From: Octopus sinensis
Lineage: Eukaryota
Direction of reading: 5' to 3'
DNA: 64,000 nucleotides
Assembly (NCBI RefSeq): GCF_006345805.1
Contig: NC_042998.1
Location: forward strand, 87,668,001-87,732,000
Shown: positions 12,732-25,453 of the stretch, one piece after another
Layout: every line of letters starts with the position of its first letter
Numbering within the stretch: the stretch's first letter is position 1
Program-made: the position numbers and the translations under genes
The notes under the pieces: model-generated
Databases searched by the model: none
What the model was told of the DNA's origin: nothing
What the model saw: the letters and a program-made list of their open reading frames with translations, nothing else

Positions 12732-12992
12732 TGTCTGGGAGACATAATGCCTTAATATAACACACTCATCGGTTCAGTTTTCACTCATTTATTTATTTAA
12801 CCCAGAAAGACTTTTCGTCGCCGCATTTGCAAACGTATCAATGGATTTTGACTCTGACAATCAGAGTTGAAATTCATTGATAAGGTCGAAAATGTGGCGA
12901 CAAAAAAGCTTAATGTAATAGATAATTATATTAGGGGGAAATTGAACCGGTGAATGTGTTATATTAAGACACTATTGTATCTCTCCCCAGAC
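12732..12992. mobile_element. Foldback/MITE-like element
   Basis: Outer ~55-bp imperfect inverted repeats (CTTAATATAACACA core) and an inner hairpin TCAATGGATTTTGACTCTGA-CAA-TCAGAGTTGAAATTCATTGA. Confidence 0.7.
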
Positions 12993-14639
12993 ACAACAAT
13001 ACATACACATACACACACATATATTTAGAGAGAGAGAGCGAGAGAGAGAACCTACGCATATGCATACTACTACCATTACTGACACAACTCACAAGTAAGT
13101 ATGACGAGGTAGTATGTAAACGTGTGTGTGCATGCGCACGTACACACACACATGAAGTGTTTTAGGTGTTCAGGGACTTGTGGGCAGATACAGACTCCCT
13201 CTTCACTGTCCCATCTTTGACACAGCGAAATATCCAGTGTACTATATAAGGCAAAAATGGCTAATTATATTCTTCATTTACCGACGTATTGATTTAATCA
13301 ATTATACACACCAATATATGAAATATGATTATTGGAAAGCAATAAAAAAAAGGCAGCAGGTGTTGTATCTTGTGAAGTCTAATAATGATTAGATAAACTT
13401 TAAGCTGGCATATGAGGCAGTTCATTTTTAATAGCATAGTTACATGACAAGGAGAATTGAAATTCCTGATTTAGAGAGTGTCCCGGTAGAATTATGGATA
13501 ATATTAATCTTCTCTGGAATTTTATGGCCGTATTTTATCGATACATTTATAAAAGAACTAGCTTGATCGAAGATTAGTCATTCTATAGTTTATAACTCTT
13601 TCCTCATACCACACATCTTACAAAATGTTGATAACAAGTGCTGCATTCTGGAGAATGGTACAGAAATAAACTGTTGTAGTGATGTAATTGGATTTCGAGC
13701 GAAATCTCGGTCAGAGTTATGCCCTTGGCAGGTGCTGTGAATGTTTTAATATAAATGAACTAACCTGCAGATATTTTAACGTTTTTGCGCACCATCCCGT
13801 TTGGCGAAAACATAATTGCGTGGTTTAAGAAACTCGCTTTGCGTCCACGTGATTTCGGATTCAGTCTCATTGCATGGTACCTTGGAACTTTACTTTTACT
13901 CATAAAAATCAATCTAATTTTGTCCAGTTCCGGCGTTCTATTCGTTGTATATATAAAGAGGAAATTTTATGTATATATTTAGAGTTGAATTGTTGGTGTA
14001 ACCATGATGCTCTGGTGATTTGATGTGGTAGCTTTATTTGGATTAATATGTGAATATACAATACTATTGCATAATGTTGAGCATACTTACTAATGCAAAT
14101 ATGTACGCATAATTTCTTCCATACTGAAATTAATACTACATGAAGAAGGCTGGGAAACGGCTGTAATTCTATAGAAGTCACGTGGTTAAGAAAAAAATAT
14201 ATTCACTGATCATACTTCCGAACTTTATGGTTTCATATTCTCCTCATGAAACAATTTCATTGATCGGTGCATCGGCATGTTCCCTACATGAATACTCTAC
14301 ATCACACTTCTTTGTAATTGACTACCATGTGGACTGATAACTGAGTCCGTAAGAGGAGCTTCCGGACTCAGCTTTCAGTCCACGATACTCTGAATCCACA
14401 TCTTATACTGCTTTAAATATACAGGTATGTATATGTGCAGATTTGTATTTTTGTTTTATGTATTCTCATGCATATAATTGCATATCTAATCATGCTTATA
14501 CATATTTAAATAATAAACTCATGGAAAATTTTATAGATTTTTACAGTTCCAGTGATGGATTGGATCTGTAGTCTTTAAATTAGCTTTCTCCTTTCTGGTT
14601 TTGAGAAACCTAATTTCCCAAGATTGGTATTTAGGCAGT

Positions 14640-15830
14640 GTGTTACATACCCTGTGTCCCAATAATTACAGGTATAAACTTGGACTTATAATCTGTATAG
14701 AGTAACTGCAGATTTCTCAATAGTTCAGCATAGGTATTCTCTTTTTCACTAATTCTCTTTTTCAGCTTTATGTTAACATCCGCTGGGCAGTTAATTTCCA
14801 CAACTGTACACAGTTTCTCTTCTCCATCCCAAATAATTATATCATGTCTATTGTGTTTACATTTTATTGAGATTTTCACTGGAACGTTCCACCAATACTC
14901 CTTTTTATTGAGTGGCTATGGCTTCTACCATACTGTCAGTTTTTATTTCTTTGTCCTCGGGTATATCCTTCGACGGATCTCGTTATACAGTGTCCTAGCT
15001 ACAACATCATATCTCATCAGTAGATAATACCGTGATGACATTTTTGAACAGCTGCTTATGACGCGGGTGATAACTTCGGTGTTAACTCGCAAAGTTGTCA
15101 TATTTTCCTGCATCTCTGTCCCTTTTGTGCATCAGGTATTTGGTCGATATTTCCTGTTCGTGTATTGCAAATGCATACCCTTCAAAGTGGGAGGTAGTAA
15201 TCCGGTTGTTGGTCCACGATAGACTGCTTTGGTGATCAATGTTATCATCTCCGAGCTGTCTATTAACAAATCCATGCATGGTCATATGTTCATATATGCT
15301 TATCCTTTCATCTGATGATACGTTGCGGTAGAGTCGTGCGACATTTTTCGACATGCATTTAAGATTATCAGATAAGGTATGGTGCTCAAGGCTTATGAGA
15401 TTATCAGCCTCATGTATGCAAATTTAGTCAAGGGATGCACTTCGACACTTGGTGGTTAAAAGGTGTTGCCGAAGGGATATGATACGACATTCAAAGACAT
15501 TTTTGATTGATGTTAAGCCTCTGCTGCCTTGTTTTCGTTTTAGGTAGAGGTGGTCAACATCACTATTTATGTAAAAGTTATGTGTGTTTGTTAGTATTTC
15601 CCGGATTTTCCCATCAATGACTTGGATCTCATCCAGTGTCCAATCAAGTAGCCCAAATATTGGAATTATTACTGGCACTGCAAACACATTGTGGATTACT
15701 GTTTTATTATATGCAGAGAGTTCCGAGGTCCAAATTTTCTTTGTTCGTCTGTAATATTCTTTAGTGACGCGTTTTGTTACAGGTACCCTTGTAAGATATG
15801 TTTTCATCAACCCCTAGATACCTGTAACAT
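14640..15830 (-). mobile_element. 5'-truncated R4/Dong-type LINE of a different subfamily
   Basis: ORFs 15424-15810 (SELSAYNK..SDVDHLYLKRKQGSRGL), 15082-15354 (EGYAFAIHEQEISTK) and 14643-14879 (RHDIIIWD..VVEINCPAD..PVIIGTQG, RLE). Confidence 0.85.
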
Positions 15831-16069
15831 TCCTCATCAGATGTAGGGTAAACAGTCAAGTCTTTGATAGAGATGTTGCAAGTCCGGTTTACAGTTTTCC
15901 TCCTTTTCACAACCACATAACAACATTTATTCTGACCATATGTATGTATGTAACTTTGTATGTATCTCTCTCTCTCTATCTATCTATCTTTTATCTTTTA
16001 CCTTTTACTTGTTTCAGTCATTAGACTATGGTTCTAGGAGAGGGGGCATTGCCTTGAATAAGTCTGTGT

Positions 16070-16255
16070 TTGCCCCTCCACCGCTTGACAACCGCTGTCG
16101 GTTTCTTTAAGCAAAGTAGCAGTCGGCGAAACAGTCCGATAGAGTAAATAAAATATTTAAAAAAATAAGAACTGGGGTCAATTTGTTTGATAAAACACTG
16201 CAATGAAGCGCCCCAGCATGACCGCAGTTCAAAGACTGGAACAAGCATAAGATGA
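16070..16255 (+). mobile_element. Family A SINE 3' half
   Basis: CTTGACAACCG...CCAGCATGACCGCAGT...AACAAG tail, as in 43070-43250. Confidence 0.65.
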
Positions 16256-16339
16256 AAATATAAAAGATTTGCTATAAAATCGTATATAAAGGATGCTGCA
16301 AACTTGGTCACTGGAATATCCATCATAGTATTTTTCCTG

Positions 16340-16900
16340 ATCTGAATGTTCTGGAGAGGTTAGTATACAAGATCCAAATTTTGAACGAAGTGCAGAAGTT
16401 TCTACTACCATAACACATACTTCTGCGTGTTATCGAGAAATTTATAGACAGAAAAAAGCCTCTTCTAAGCAAACAACTCTCTTTACTCCTTTACTGAACC
16501 CGGAACCATGTGGTTGGTAAGCAAGCTATTTACCACACAGCCACTCCTGCGCCTAGACTTGTTTTTAAAAAGAAATTTACAAGTCCGTCTGTTTGTGAAT
16601 TGGTGATCATGTCTACAAGGGATGATGTGCACGAGTCTAGTCTGAGTGAAAGTGATTATAATAATGATATTTTTTAATTATTATAAATGATTTTGACATT
16701 CTTATTACTTGTAAACATTCTTTACATTCCACTGTTATTTTATTGCCATTTACTTACAAGCATTATAAATTCTATGGGTAAAATATTTTTCTAGGAACGA
16801 ATTACGATTTATAACATTGCTATTATGGAAAATTATTGCTATGCTTTACGAATTTTCGCTTTACGAGCGGTTTCCGGGATATATTGGGGCATTACTGCAT
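16340..16900 (+). mobile_element. Tigger/pogo transposon 3' remnant
   Basis: My translation from 16371 gives DPNFERSAEVSTTITHTSACYREIYRQKKASSKQTTL, then DLFLKR after a SINE insert; this is a pogo/Tigger-like C-terminus. TIR-like end near 16855-16900. Confidence 0.6.
16481..16552 (-). mobile_element. Family A SINE head fragment inserted in the Tigger remnant
   Basis: GGCGCAGGAGTGGCTGTGTGGTAA...CCGGGTTCAG on the minus strand. Confidence 0.75.
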
Positions 16901-17291
16901 TTTTTTTATCTGTTAGTCAGGAGGGAAGTCATTATCAATGACGCTTTCTGGGACCCTGAGACCGGTAGAACAAAGGGAGGAAATCGTTCTTAACCTAGGG
17001 ATCTGACACGATGGTTTGCAACAAAGTGGATTCCGCCAAAGGGACACAAATTGTCAGATAAAGGTATTAAATCGGGTGATGGATTCCATTTATTAGCCCC
17101 TCCTGCCCTAAATATAATGCGAGGAGGTCACCAGAATTCGAACCTGAAATATTCTGCCCGGTAGTCAAAAAAAAAAAAGCCTGCGCCACAAGCCTTACTT
17201 CATGTAATTGAAGCGTACTTTTCAATTGTTTCTGATGAACCTATGGTGAAAGCTATGGCGTTCAGTGCTTATCATTTAGAGAGAGAGAGGA

Positions 17292-17391
17292 AGAGAGAGA
17301 GAGGCAGAGAGTGAGAGAGAAAGCAAGAGAGAAGGGGAGAGAGGGGGAGCGAGAGAGAAAGAGAGAAAAGGAGAGGAGAGAGTGAGAAAGG

Positions 17392-17424
<33 letters not shown>
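17292..17424. repeat. Compound GA microsatellite, downstream copy of the putative Tx1 target-site duplication
   Basis: Shares unique interruptions (GGCAGAG, AAAGCAA, AAGGGG, GGGGGAGCG, GTGAGAAAG) with 22824-22946. Confidence 0.9.
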
Positions 17425-17645
17425 TATTTCTTTATTCACCATAAGGTTGAGAAAAAGAGGGGACAAAACAAACGTTGGGGTCAGGGTATCGAATGAGACA
17501 AAACATATGAATAAACAAACAATTAAAATATATACAATTAAATGAGAATGAGTGATTAACAAAAAATGAAGCGGAGGACGTGGTTGACCCCACAAACCAC
17601 ATACTCACACTGAAGACTTTGCTTTCTCCTTTTCTACATTCTCGA

Positions 17646-20600
17646 TTAAACAGGTTCTTTCACTCGCAACATACTTGCTATAGACTTCCATCTTTTACGA
17701 AACACACTTTGCGACAGGCATTTCTTCTCCAGCCTTATTTTCCGTTTCATGTGGAAAACGAAAAAGTCGATTAGCTCGAGACTGGAGATAAACATGCCTG
17801 TTGCAATTCCTTTTACTCTCGTCTTCCACACTACTTCTTTCGCCATAGCAACTATCGACAGAAAACTATTCAGGGAGGTCGGCGGAACTATCTTAATTAC
17901 AGATTCGCTCGACAGTTGTACTCTTCTCGAATGCGACAGCAGGTGTTCTACATAAGCCCAGAGTTCAGTCACCTTGGGGCATTGCACAATCGCGTGCAGG
18001 ACAGTTTCACTGTCCCTCTCACATCTTGCACAAACCGGCGAAAGTGCACACCCATGTCTAAAGAGTTTATCTCGAACCGGTAAAGCTCCTCTGTAACATT
18101 GCCAGGCCAGGGACTTTTGGTAATTATCCATAGGCCCCGGACTGAATGTTCTTTGGAACAGGCTGGCCAGTTGATTTTCGTCGAAGCCCAGAGTTTCTCC
18201 TAGGACGTCGTCACACTTAAACTCTACTAACCCTCTATAGAAGAACGAGGTAGTAGCCCCGCCACCGGCGTTGCCCGACTGGGAGAGAAGCACGAGTGCC
18301 TGATAGCACTCTGCATGCCACATGCCTAGCCTCGGTCTACACTTGATCCATGGGTTCAGTTCGTTAAACGATATGAACTGTGGAAATAACAGCTTGACGA
18401 ACGGAGACCACACCTGCTCACCGTCCAGGTAAATCTAGAGGTGCCTAAGCCTGAACGCATGTCTGCGCATTTTTAGCCACGGCATCCCTAACCCACCCTT
18501 CAGTGGCTTTTGGCAGCAAATAGAGCGCCTTACAAGAGGTCTGCTGCCCCTCCACAAAAAGCGAAAGAGCATGCGTTCCAGTTTGTTCAGCCACGAATCG
18601 GGGCAAGGCACGACGGTCAGGCGGTAAGTGATTACAGAGGCGATAAACACCTCTGCAACCTCCGCCCTCCCTTTCAAGGACAGCTTCCGCTCAGACCATG
18701 TCTGAGTTAGGAGAGCCACCTTTCTCGCCACCTCGCTCCAGTTCTTCTCTATCTGGAGATCTGAACCTAACCAGATTCTAAGCATTTTCACCGGTCCTTC
18801 CGTCCAACGTCCTACGACGCTGTCGGAAGACATCGACTTGCCCCTCCAGGTGCCGAGTTGCAAGGCGACCGATTTATCCCGGTTGACTTTCGCTCCTGCC
18901 ACCGCTTCGTAGTCCCTTAAGGCCTCACCCACCCACTTAGGTGCTCGACTCGGGAAACGATGACGGTGATGTCGTCCGCATACGCCGAAGCTGACTTTCC
19001 GCACCCTAGATCTTGCGGAGTGCCTCTCATAGTTTTCAACCTCCTCAGCAACGGATCGAGGGCCAAAACGTAGAGTAGCAGGGAGAGAGGACACCCTTGA
19101 CGTACCGAACGTTCAATGCTGAACGGCTCCGAAAGGAAACCATTTATCCGAACTACCGATTCGATGTTGCTGTATAAAGCGATGATCCATCCGCGGAAGG
19201 TCGGGCCGAAGCCAGCCGCCGCGAGGACCGCCGCCAGATACTGATGGTCCACCCTATCTAACGCATTCGATTGGTCCAAGTGGACCATAGCCCCACCCTT
19301 GCCAGGAATCCTATTTACCCTTTCTAAGGCATAGCGTAGAAAGTGGAGATTGTCGTGGATGGTCCTTCCAGGGATGGCGCAAGTTTGCGCCTCGCCAACA
19401 AGTTCACCCACGACCCGCGCTAACCTTTTTGCTAAGACCTTGGCCAAAATATTCAACTCTGCGTTAAGCAGAGTGATGGGCCGAAAATTATCAATTAAAT
19501 CCCCCTTGTTTGGGTCCTTTCTTAACAGCGCTACCACCCCTCGGCTCACAGACTTAGGAATTTTCCCGTTCTGCTGCCAGTTGGTGTACACGCATGAAAG
19601 TAGGTGCCCAAACAAGTCTGGCATGCTACTATAGAGTTCGTAAGGTAGACCATCAAGTCCCGGCGATTTGTCCCCGCCGCAGTCTGCCAACATATCCTCG
19701 ACTTCTTTGGCTGTGATCGGCGCCTCACAAGATTCCGCGTCCGGCCCCGATAGACGCGGCGAACCGGCCAGGAAGTCTGCGAGCTTCTCCCCGCGCTCCA
19801 GCTCGCCGCTCCTCCCGAATAGCTGGGCGAAATGATAATGAAACACCTTGCACATCTCCTCGGGTTCGTTTACTAATCGACCATTTGGGCCCGTCAAGGA
19901 TCGAATGGTTGAGTTGTTGCTACGCTGGCCCTCTACCACCCGGGCCCATCCGGCTGCGTTGATCCCTTCCTGTCTCATTGCACGGATCTTAGCCCTGACA
20001 ATGCACCCTTCATGTTTAGCTTTGAGATGTTGGTCGAGTGCTAACCTCGCCGCTAACACTTTCGATGCACTGCCTGACCTCATTGCCTCCTCTATTGCCT
20101 TAACTAGTTCCTTTTCTACTTTGTTTCTAGCACTAGCTAGTTTTTTGCTAAACCTAATTGACTCAAATTTGATGGCTCTTTTCAGGGCGTACCACCATTT
20201 GTTGTTGATAATGGATCCGGTTAACGTCCTCATTACTAATTGTTTAATCCGATTCCTGTAGGCTTCACAGTCCAATAGTGACTTGTTTAGTTCCAGTAAC
20301 CGGTACCTTGTCTACACATGCTATCTATGTCGAGCGTACAGGTCACTAATTTGTGATCACTGTAGCTGACGATATGGTGTTGTGGACAGCTAAGTATTTT
20401 CTTATCTTTCCTTCTAGTTATGATTCTATCAATGTAAGATCTGGACGACCCGTCGTTTCTTGCCCAGGTCCACGCTGGAGTGTATGGGTGGACCACTCTG
20501 AATCTATCTGCTAATTCGAAACGACTTAGCATATCATTGAGGTGAGGTAATCCCCTCCTATTCTTTCTCGAGCCAACATAATCTACGCTTGCATCGCAAA

Positions 20601-21045
20601 TTATGTTGAAGTCACCTAGCAATACTAACGTGTTCGACGTGCCAAGAAAATTCTCTAGGCTTTTGAAATACTCTTTCTGTCCGGCTTTTCCTTCGCAGGG
20701 AGCATAGACAGCGACCAGCCTGAACACTTTACCACTGCTGTGCGTCACATCCAAAACGATCAACCTGCCTTCCGGATCTATAAAGACAGTTCTAATCTCT
20801 AAATCCAGGTTTTTCCTGACTAGCACTGCCACTCCTCCTCCCCCTCCAGGTCGACAGGGAGAAACGTATTTCTCGTAGCCGTTTAGAAGGGGCGTAAAGG
20901 CCTGCAGCCCACTCAGTCTGGATTCGGTAATTACCACTACATCCAAACGATGCGACCTAAGGTCGTTAAGGAGGTAGCCTTGCTTCCAATACGACCCCAG
21001 GCCGCGAATATTTATACAACCGAGTTTAAACGAGAATGTGAAAAA
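17646..21045 (-). pseudogene. Tx1 ORF2 (AP endonuclease, reverse transcriptase, C-terminal CCHC)
   Basis: GCINIRGL..VITESRL..LLGDFN..SYIDRI..YSDHKLV (APE); KSPGLDGLP, FRPITLLN, VRQGCPLS, AYADDITV (RT); CARC..ETVLHAIVQC (zinc finger). Confidence 0.92.
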
Positions 21046-21356
21046 TTAGTCGAAAGTTTAAAACTTATTGTTTTAACGGAAGAGAGGGTGTAGTTTCACT
21101 CTCCTCTTTTCTGTCTGTGAATGTTGTGTTTTGCGAGGTCAGTTTTTTGCGAATTGCCTGTACAGATGGCTTGAAAAGTTCATCTGTAACGGGCCGACGT
21201 CCTCCGCAAAATTTTTTTAAATTTCAAAATAATCAGCGTTATCTATTGTATAAAATTCGACATTTTCGGAAATAGTACTATTTATATCTGTTACGATATA
21301 TTTTTTCTCCGATTTCATTAAAATAATTTTTTCTCTTAATGGGTTATTGTTTTTAT

Positions 21357-22672
21357 TTATCGCCGTGAGGGTTTTTCTTTTTTTTTGTGAGGTGATTGTG
21401 GAGGGGTGTGTGTGTGTGTGTGTGTGTGTGCTTGTAGAATCGTGGGTGTTTGTAGGTGTGCGTGTGCTTGTGGTAGGTGTGTGTGTGTGTTTGTGTGTGC
21501 TTTTTCCAGTGTGTGTGTTTTTTTGGCTACGTGTGTGTTTGCGACTGTATTTGTGGGTGTGGGTGTGCTTGTCTGTCTCGGAGTATAGTCCTGTGTATCC
21601 GAAGAGGGTGGATTTTTCCGTTTCCGTCTTCTTTTTGAAGGTTCTATGGTGACCCACTCCTGGATGTTGTTGTTGTTGTTGTCATTGTTTTCTCCCGTTG
21701 TCGGCTGAACTTCGGCAATTGGGGTGCGCGACGTGGCTGCTATTTCTAGCGGTGTAGTTGTTTTCGGCGTCGTGCTTGCCTCTGCAGTATTTTCTTTGGC
21801 TGTCTTCTTGCAGCTCGACCTTATGTGGCCTTTCTCGCCACATTTATAACACCTAGGTTTTCTTCCCTCGACTATTACCATCAAGCTGGTATTATCTCCA
21901 ATGGTGAGGGAGCTTGGCAATTTTTCCAAGTCCGAGGGGTTTGCTTGGATCACAAGCTCTAAGTCTTGTCCATACCAAATCATGGGGCGATATCTCTTAG
22001 ACTGAAGAATGGCAATTTCTTCCTCTTTGCCTAAGAGAATCGCTGCTATTATAAAGTCCACATTTATTTCGGGAGGAATGTCTGTGACCGTTATTCTGGA
22101 AGTTCTCATCCCTAAATAAAAAGGTAGAAGAACTACGTCTTCCGACTTCAACGTTCTTGTTGAATGTTCCCTAGCTTTTTCTTCGCTAGGGAAACGCACC
22201 TCTACCGTGCCGAAGCGACTACCCCTTGTTATATAAGTAGTTTGTTGCCATATCGGCCTCAAACATTTTTCTATGGCTTCTCTCTGCACGAAGTCAATTT
22301 TCTTATTTTTCACATTATATGTCTTGTATATGACAGTTTTCTCTCCGTCGCGTAAATTAATTCACTGGGAGGGAACAACTTCACATTATCACCTTCTTTT
22401 TTTAATAAACTTTGGTACTTCTTTAATTCTTCTTTGTTAATAACGATGTTTTCACAGGGGCGAGTTGCTGCACTCGCAAAAATTATTTTTGACTTTTCCT
22501 GTTGTGTAGTAGCTTCGCCAGACATATTGCCGTCTGCTTTTGTAACGAGCGCGTGAGACGTCTCTTTACTTTTACCTTCCTCCTCCCACATTTTCGCCTT
22601 CATGCCTTCAAACAAATTTTCAACGTTTTCCTCCGACTCGGAGGAGATTGGTGGCAAATTCATGTTTTTCAT
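21357..22672 (-). pseudogene. Tx1 ORF1 (gag-like, RRM-type region + CCHC zinc knuckle)
   Basis: ATG at 22672 (MKNMNLPP), frameshift at ~22310 into the 21357-22313 frame (RGSRFGTVEVRF, RITVTDIPP, VEGRKPRCYKCGEKGHIRSSC). Confidence 0.85.
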
Positions 22673-22823
22673 CGCTTCCCTCTTAAAACAAGGGGGAAAG
22701 AACGGCAGAGCTCTGCTGCAACAGCAGAAAAGAAGTGGCCTCGACGACCAAAATAGCAAATTTTCAAACTTTTCAGCACAAAAACAATCTTTCACTGCGG
22801 AGCAAAGAATAACACGACCGATC

Positions 22824-22946
22824 AGAGAGAGAGAGAGGCAGAGTGAGAGAGAAAGCAAGAGAGAAGGGGAGAGAGGGGGAGCGAGAGAGAAAGAGAGAAA
22901 GGGAGTAGAGAGAGTGAGAAAGGAGAGAGAGAGAGAGAGAGAGAGA
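22824..22946. repeat. Compound GA microsatellite, upstream copy of the putative Tx1 target-site duplication
   Basis: Near-identical to 17292-17416, with a handful of differences. Confidence 0.9.
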
Positions 22947-23214
22947 AACTCTTGCAACTGTAATGTTTAAATGTTTATTAAATGGAACATGTACATATTT
23001 CAATCATTATACCAAATTATATTTCTCTCTCTGGAAGGACCCTTTTGTTGTAATATGTATGTATTAATATATATGTACATATTCGTATATACACGCACAC
23101 ACACACGTATATTCACATAATACACATACAAGTCATATTCCCTTGTGTGTGAAGGCATTAGTAGTAGTAGTAGCAATAGTATGTTTCTCTGTATGTGTGT
23201 GTGTCTAATACATA

Positions 23215-24290
23215 TACAAGGGCTGTTCTCTGACAAAAGTCGTTCAAATTGCTCATGTTGATAAAGTATCATCCTCTCTATAAGAATTCTTCCTGTTTTA
23301 AATTACAAGTAAATAATGGGTTCCAAGTAGATGCAACATGCTATCATTAACTTCGTGACAAAGGATGGACGCTAGGTTCCCGATATCCACAGAAGGCAAC
23401 GAGTTGTTCTATGAAATGACACCAATAACAAAAGAATCGAAATGGGAAAAGTAATTTAAACCAGGACTGAAGAGAAATCACTCAGTGAGGGAACATAAAC
23501 TGCGATCACTGAGATGAACCCGCAACAAATGGACGAATTGACTCCTATAGACAAACGAGCCACGATCCATGAACTTACTGCACAAATAGACTGTGGTTAC
23601 AATGCATTCCAGAAAATGGTGAAAGATTTTGGTTATCAGAAAGTGAGTGCAAAGACAGTACCTCGGTTGTTGACACACGATTTCAAGAGGAAAAGGTTAG
23701 ATGTCTGATTTGATGTATTAGAAGCGTTTGAAGTTAATGAAGGAATGAAACGTGGGTATATCTTTATGACCCAGAAAGGAAAATTCAGTCCATAGAACAG
23801 CGTCATGCATCTTCTCCAAGACATAAAAGCTTCATAGCGAATATGTTGGATGACAAGGGTGTATACACTCCATTATAGCCCACTGAGACACTCAATGCTT
23901 TGAAAAATCATTAGGAAGAAGACTCTGAACAATAATCTGAAACCATGGACTGGTTACTGGTACTCCACTCCCACGTACAACCTAGATATAACACCCTCTG
24001 ACTTCCACCTGTTCGATCTAATGAAAGACAGTCCTCGTTTTCAACGGTTTCATAGCAGTGACGAGGTGCGTGCGACAGTGCATACTTGAATTTTTTTTTC
24101 CGAGAGAATTCGAGAGTTGGGATCAACGACAGGACAAAAGGAGCGCTTCTGATGGAAACTATGTTGCGTAATACATTTGCATTGAGGATGAATTACTCTA
24201 TCATTTTGTGATCTTCGAACAACCTGTGTGAGTTGATAATAAAGTTATGTCCACTTTTGTATCACTTTAGCAATGAAACTTCCGTGCATG
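23215..24290 (+). mobile_element. Degenerate mariner transposon
   Basis: GYQKVSAKTVPRLLT (WVP motif), DETWVYLYDPERKIQS, and NLDITPSDFHLF (YSPDLAPSD motif) across frames; TACAAGGGCTGTTC ITR-like start. Confidence 0.85.
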
Positions 24291-24670
24291 TGTGTCTGTG
24301 TGTGTGTGTGTGTGTGTGGGGGGGGGGGTATGGATGAGCCTGTTTTTGTGTGTGTGCGCGCGCGCATGTATTTCAATACCAAACTTGATTGTTCGATCGT
24401 TCAGTCAATGGCTACTATGCGAAATTATATGTATGGGCTATTTTGCCCGGTTATTTCCTTTTTATTTTTTATCTCTTCCTTGTCTACCATTCTTCTCTTT
24501 TCGCTTTTCATCTGTATTCGGAAAATGTCCGAAATTTAATAATTAAATCTTCCCATTTCTCCAAGTGTCACATGAATAATTTTGATTATGAATCTGTCTA
24601 TCCTGTCTTGTTGATTCCTTTGCTTTTCTCTTCTCTCTAACTCCCTTATATACATACATACATACATACA

Positions 24671-24702
<32 letters not shown>

Positions 24703-25193
24703 AATCAATAATTATTAACTGACAAAGGACTCAATGGACATGAACCATTATAACAATAGGTTTATATCCCCTGCAAGGACGACTGTACATGAGTTCACGC
24801 ATTTATATATATATACTTATACATACAGTTATCCACACGTCTATGTCTGTCTGTCGGTATTTGTATATTTATCACTCTATCTTCTATTTATTTCTCTCTC
24901 TCTAGTCTCGCCTCTTTCTGTCTATTTCTCTCTGTATCCCTGTATATATTTCCCTATTAGATTCTCACTTTGTATCAATACGCAGGTTTGTGAGTGACCA
25001 TAAGTATTTCTTGGCGATCAGAAAGTAGGGACGTAAACACATTTGAGGTCAGCTGTATTTCATAGTCATTTCAGTAATCAACAGATACAGCATTGAGATA
25101 ATAATTTTGTGCATAAAACCATAAAGATAAATTCCCCAGTTTGAATGTGTGTGCGTGTGTGTGTGCGTGTGGTGTGTGTGTGTGTGTGTGTGT

Positions 25194-25233
<40 letters not shown>

Positions 25234-25407
25234 TTCTATAAAATCGTAATGACATCTCCAAACAACACATATTTGTAAAGGAGCTATTTAGAAATCTATG
25301 CCTAAGCGTTTCCTGCAAGTATTGTCGTAGTGAGATTATTACATTTATGAGCAGTTAGACAAACGGAAGAAATCTAATTGTGTGATATATATTTACGCAG
25401 ATATGAA

Positions 25408-25453
<46 letters not shown>

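Larger units (their letters stand above)
17425..22823 (-). mobile_element. Full-length Tx1-clade (L1 group) LINE, ~5.4 kb, disabled
   Basis: 5' UTR, ORF1 with a zinc knuckle, ORF2 with APE-RT-CCHC, and a 3' UTR ending GTGAATAAAGAAATA directly followed by (CT)n. Three frameshifts (~22310, ~20285, ~18930) and one nonsense codon (18435-18437). Confidence 0.93.

Noticed and set aside
13567-13740. Short Cys-containing open frame (DNKCCILENGTEINCCSDVIG...CPWQ)
   Set aside because: No convincing acceptor site, start codon or recognisable domain; length is compatible with chance.
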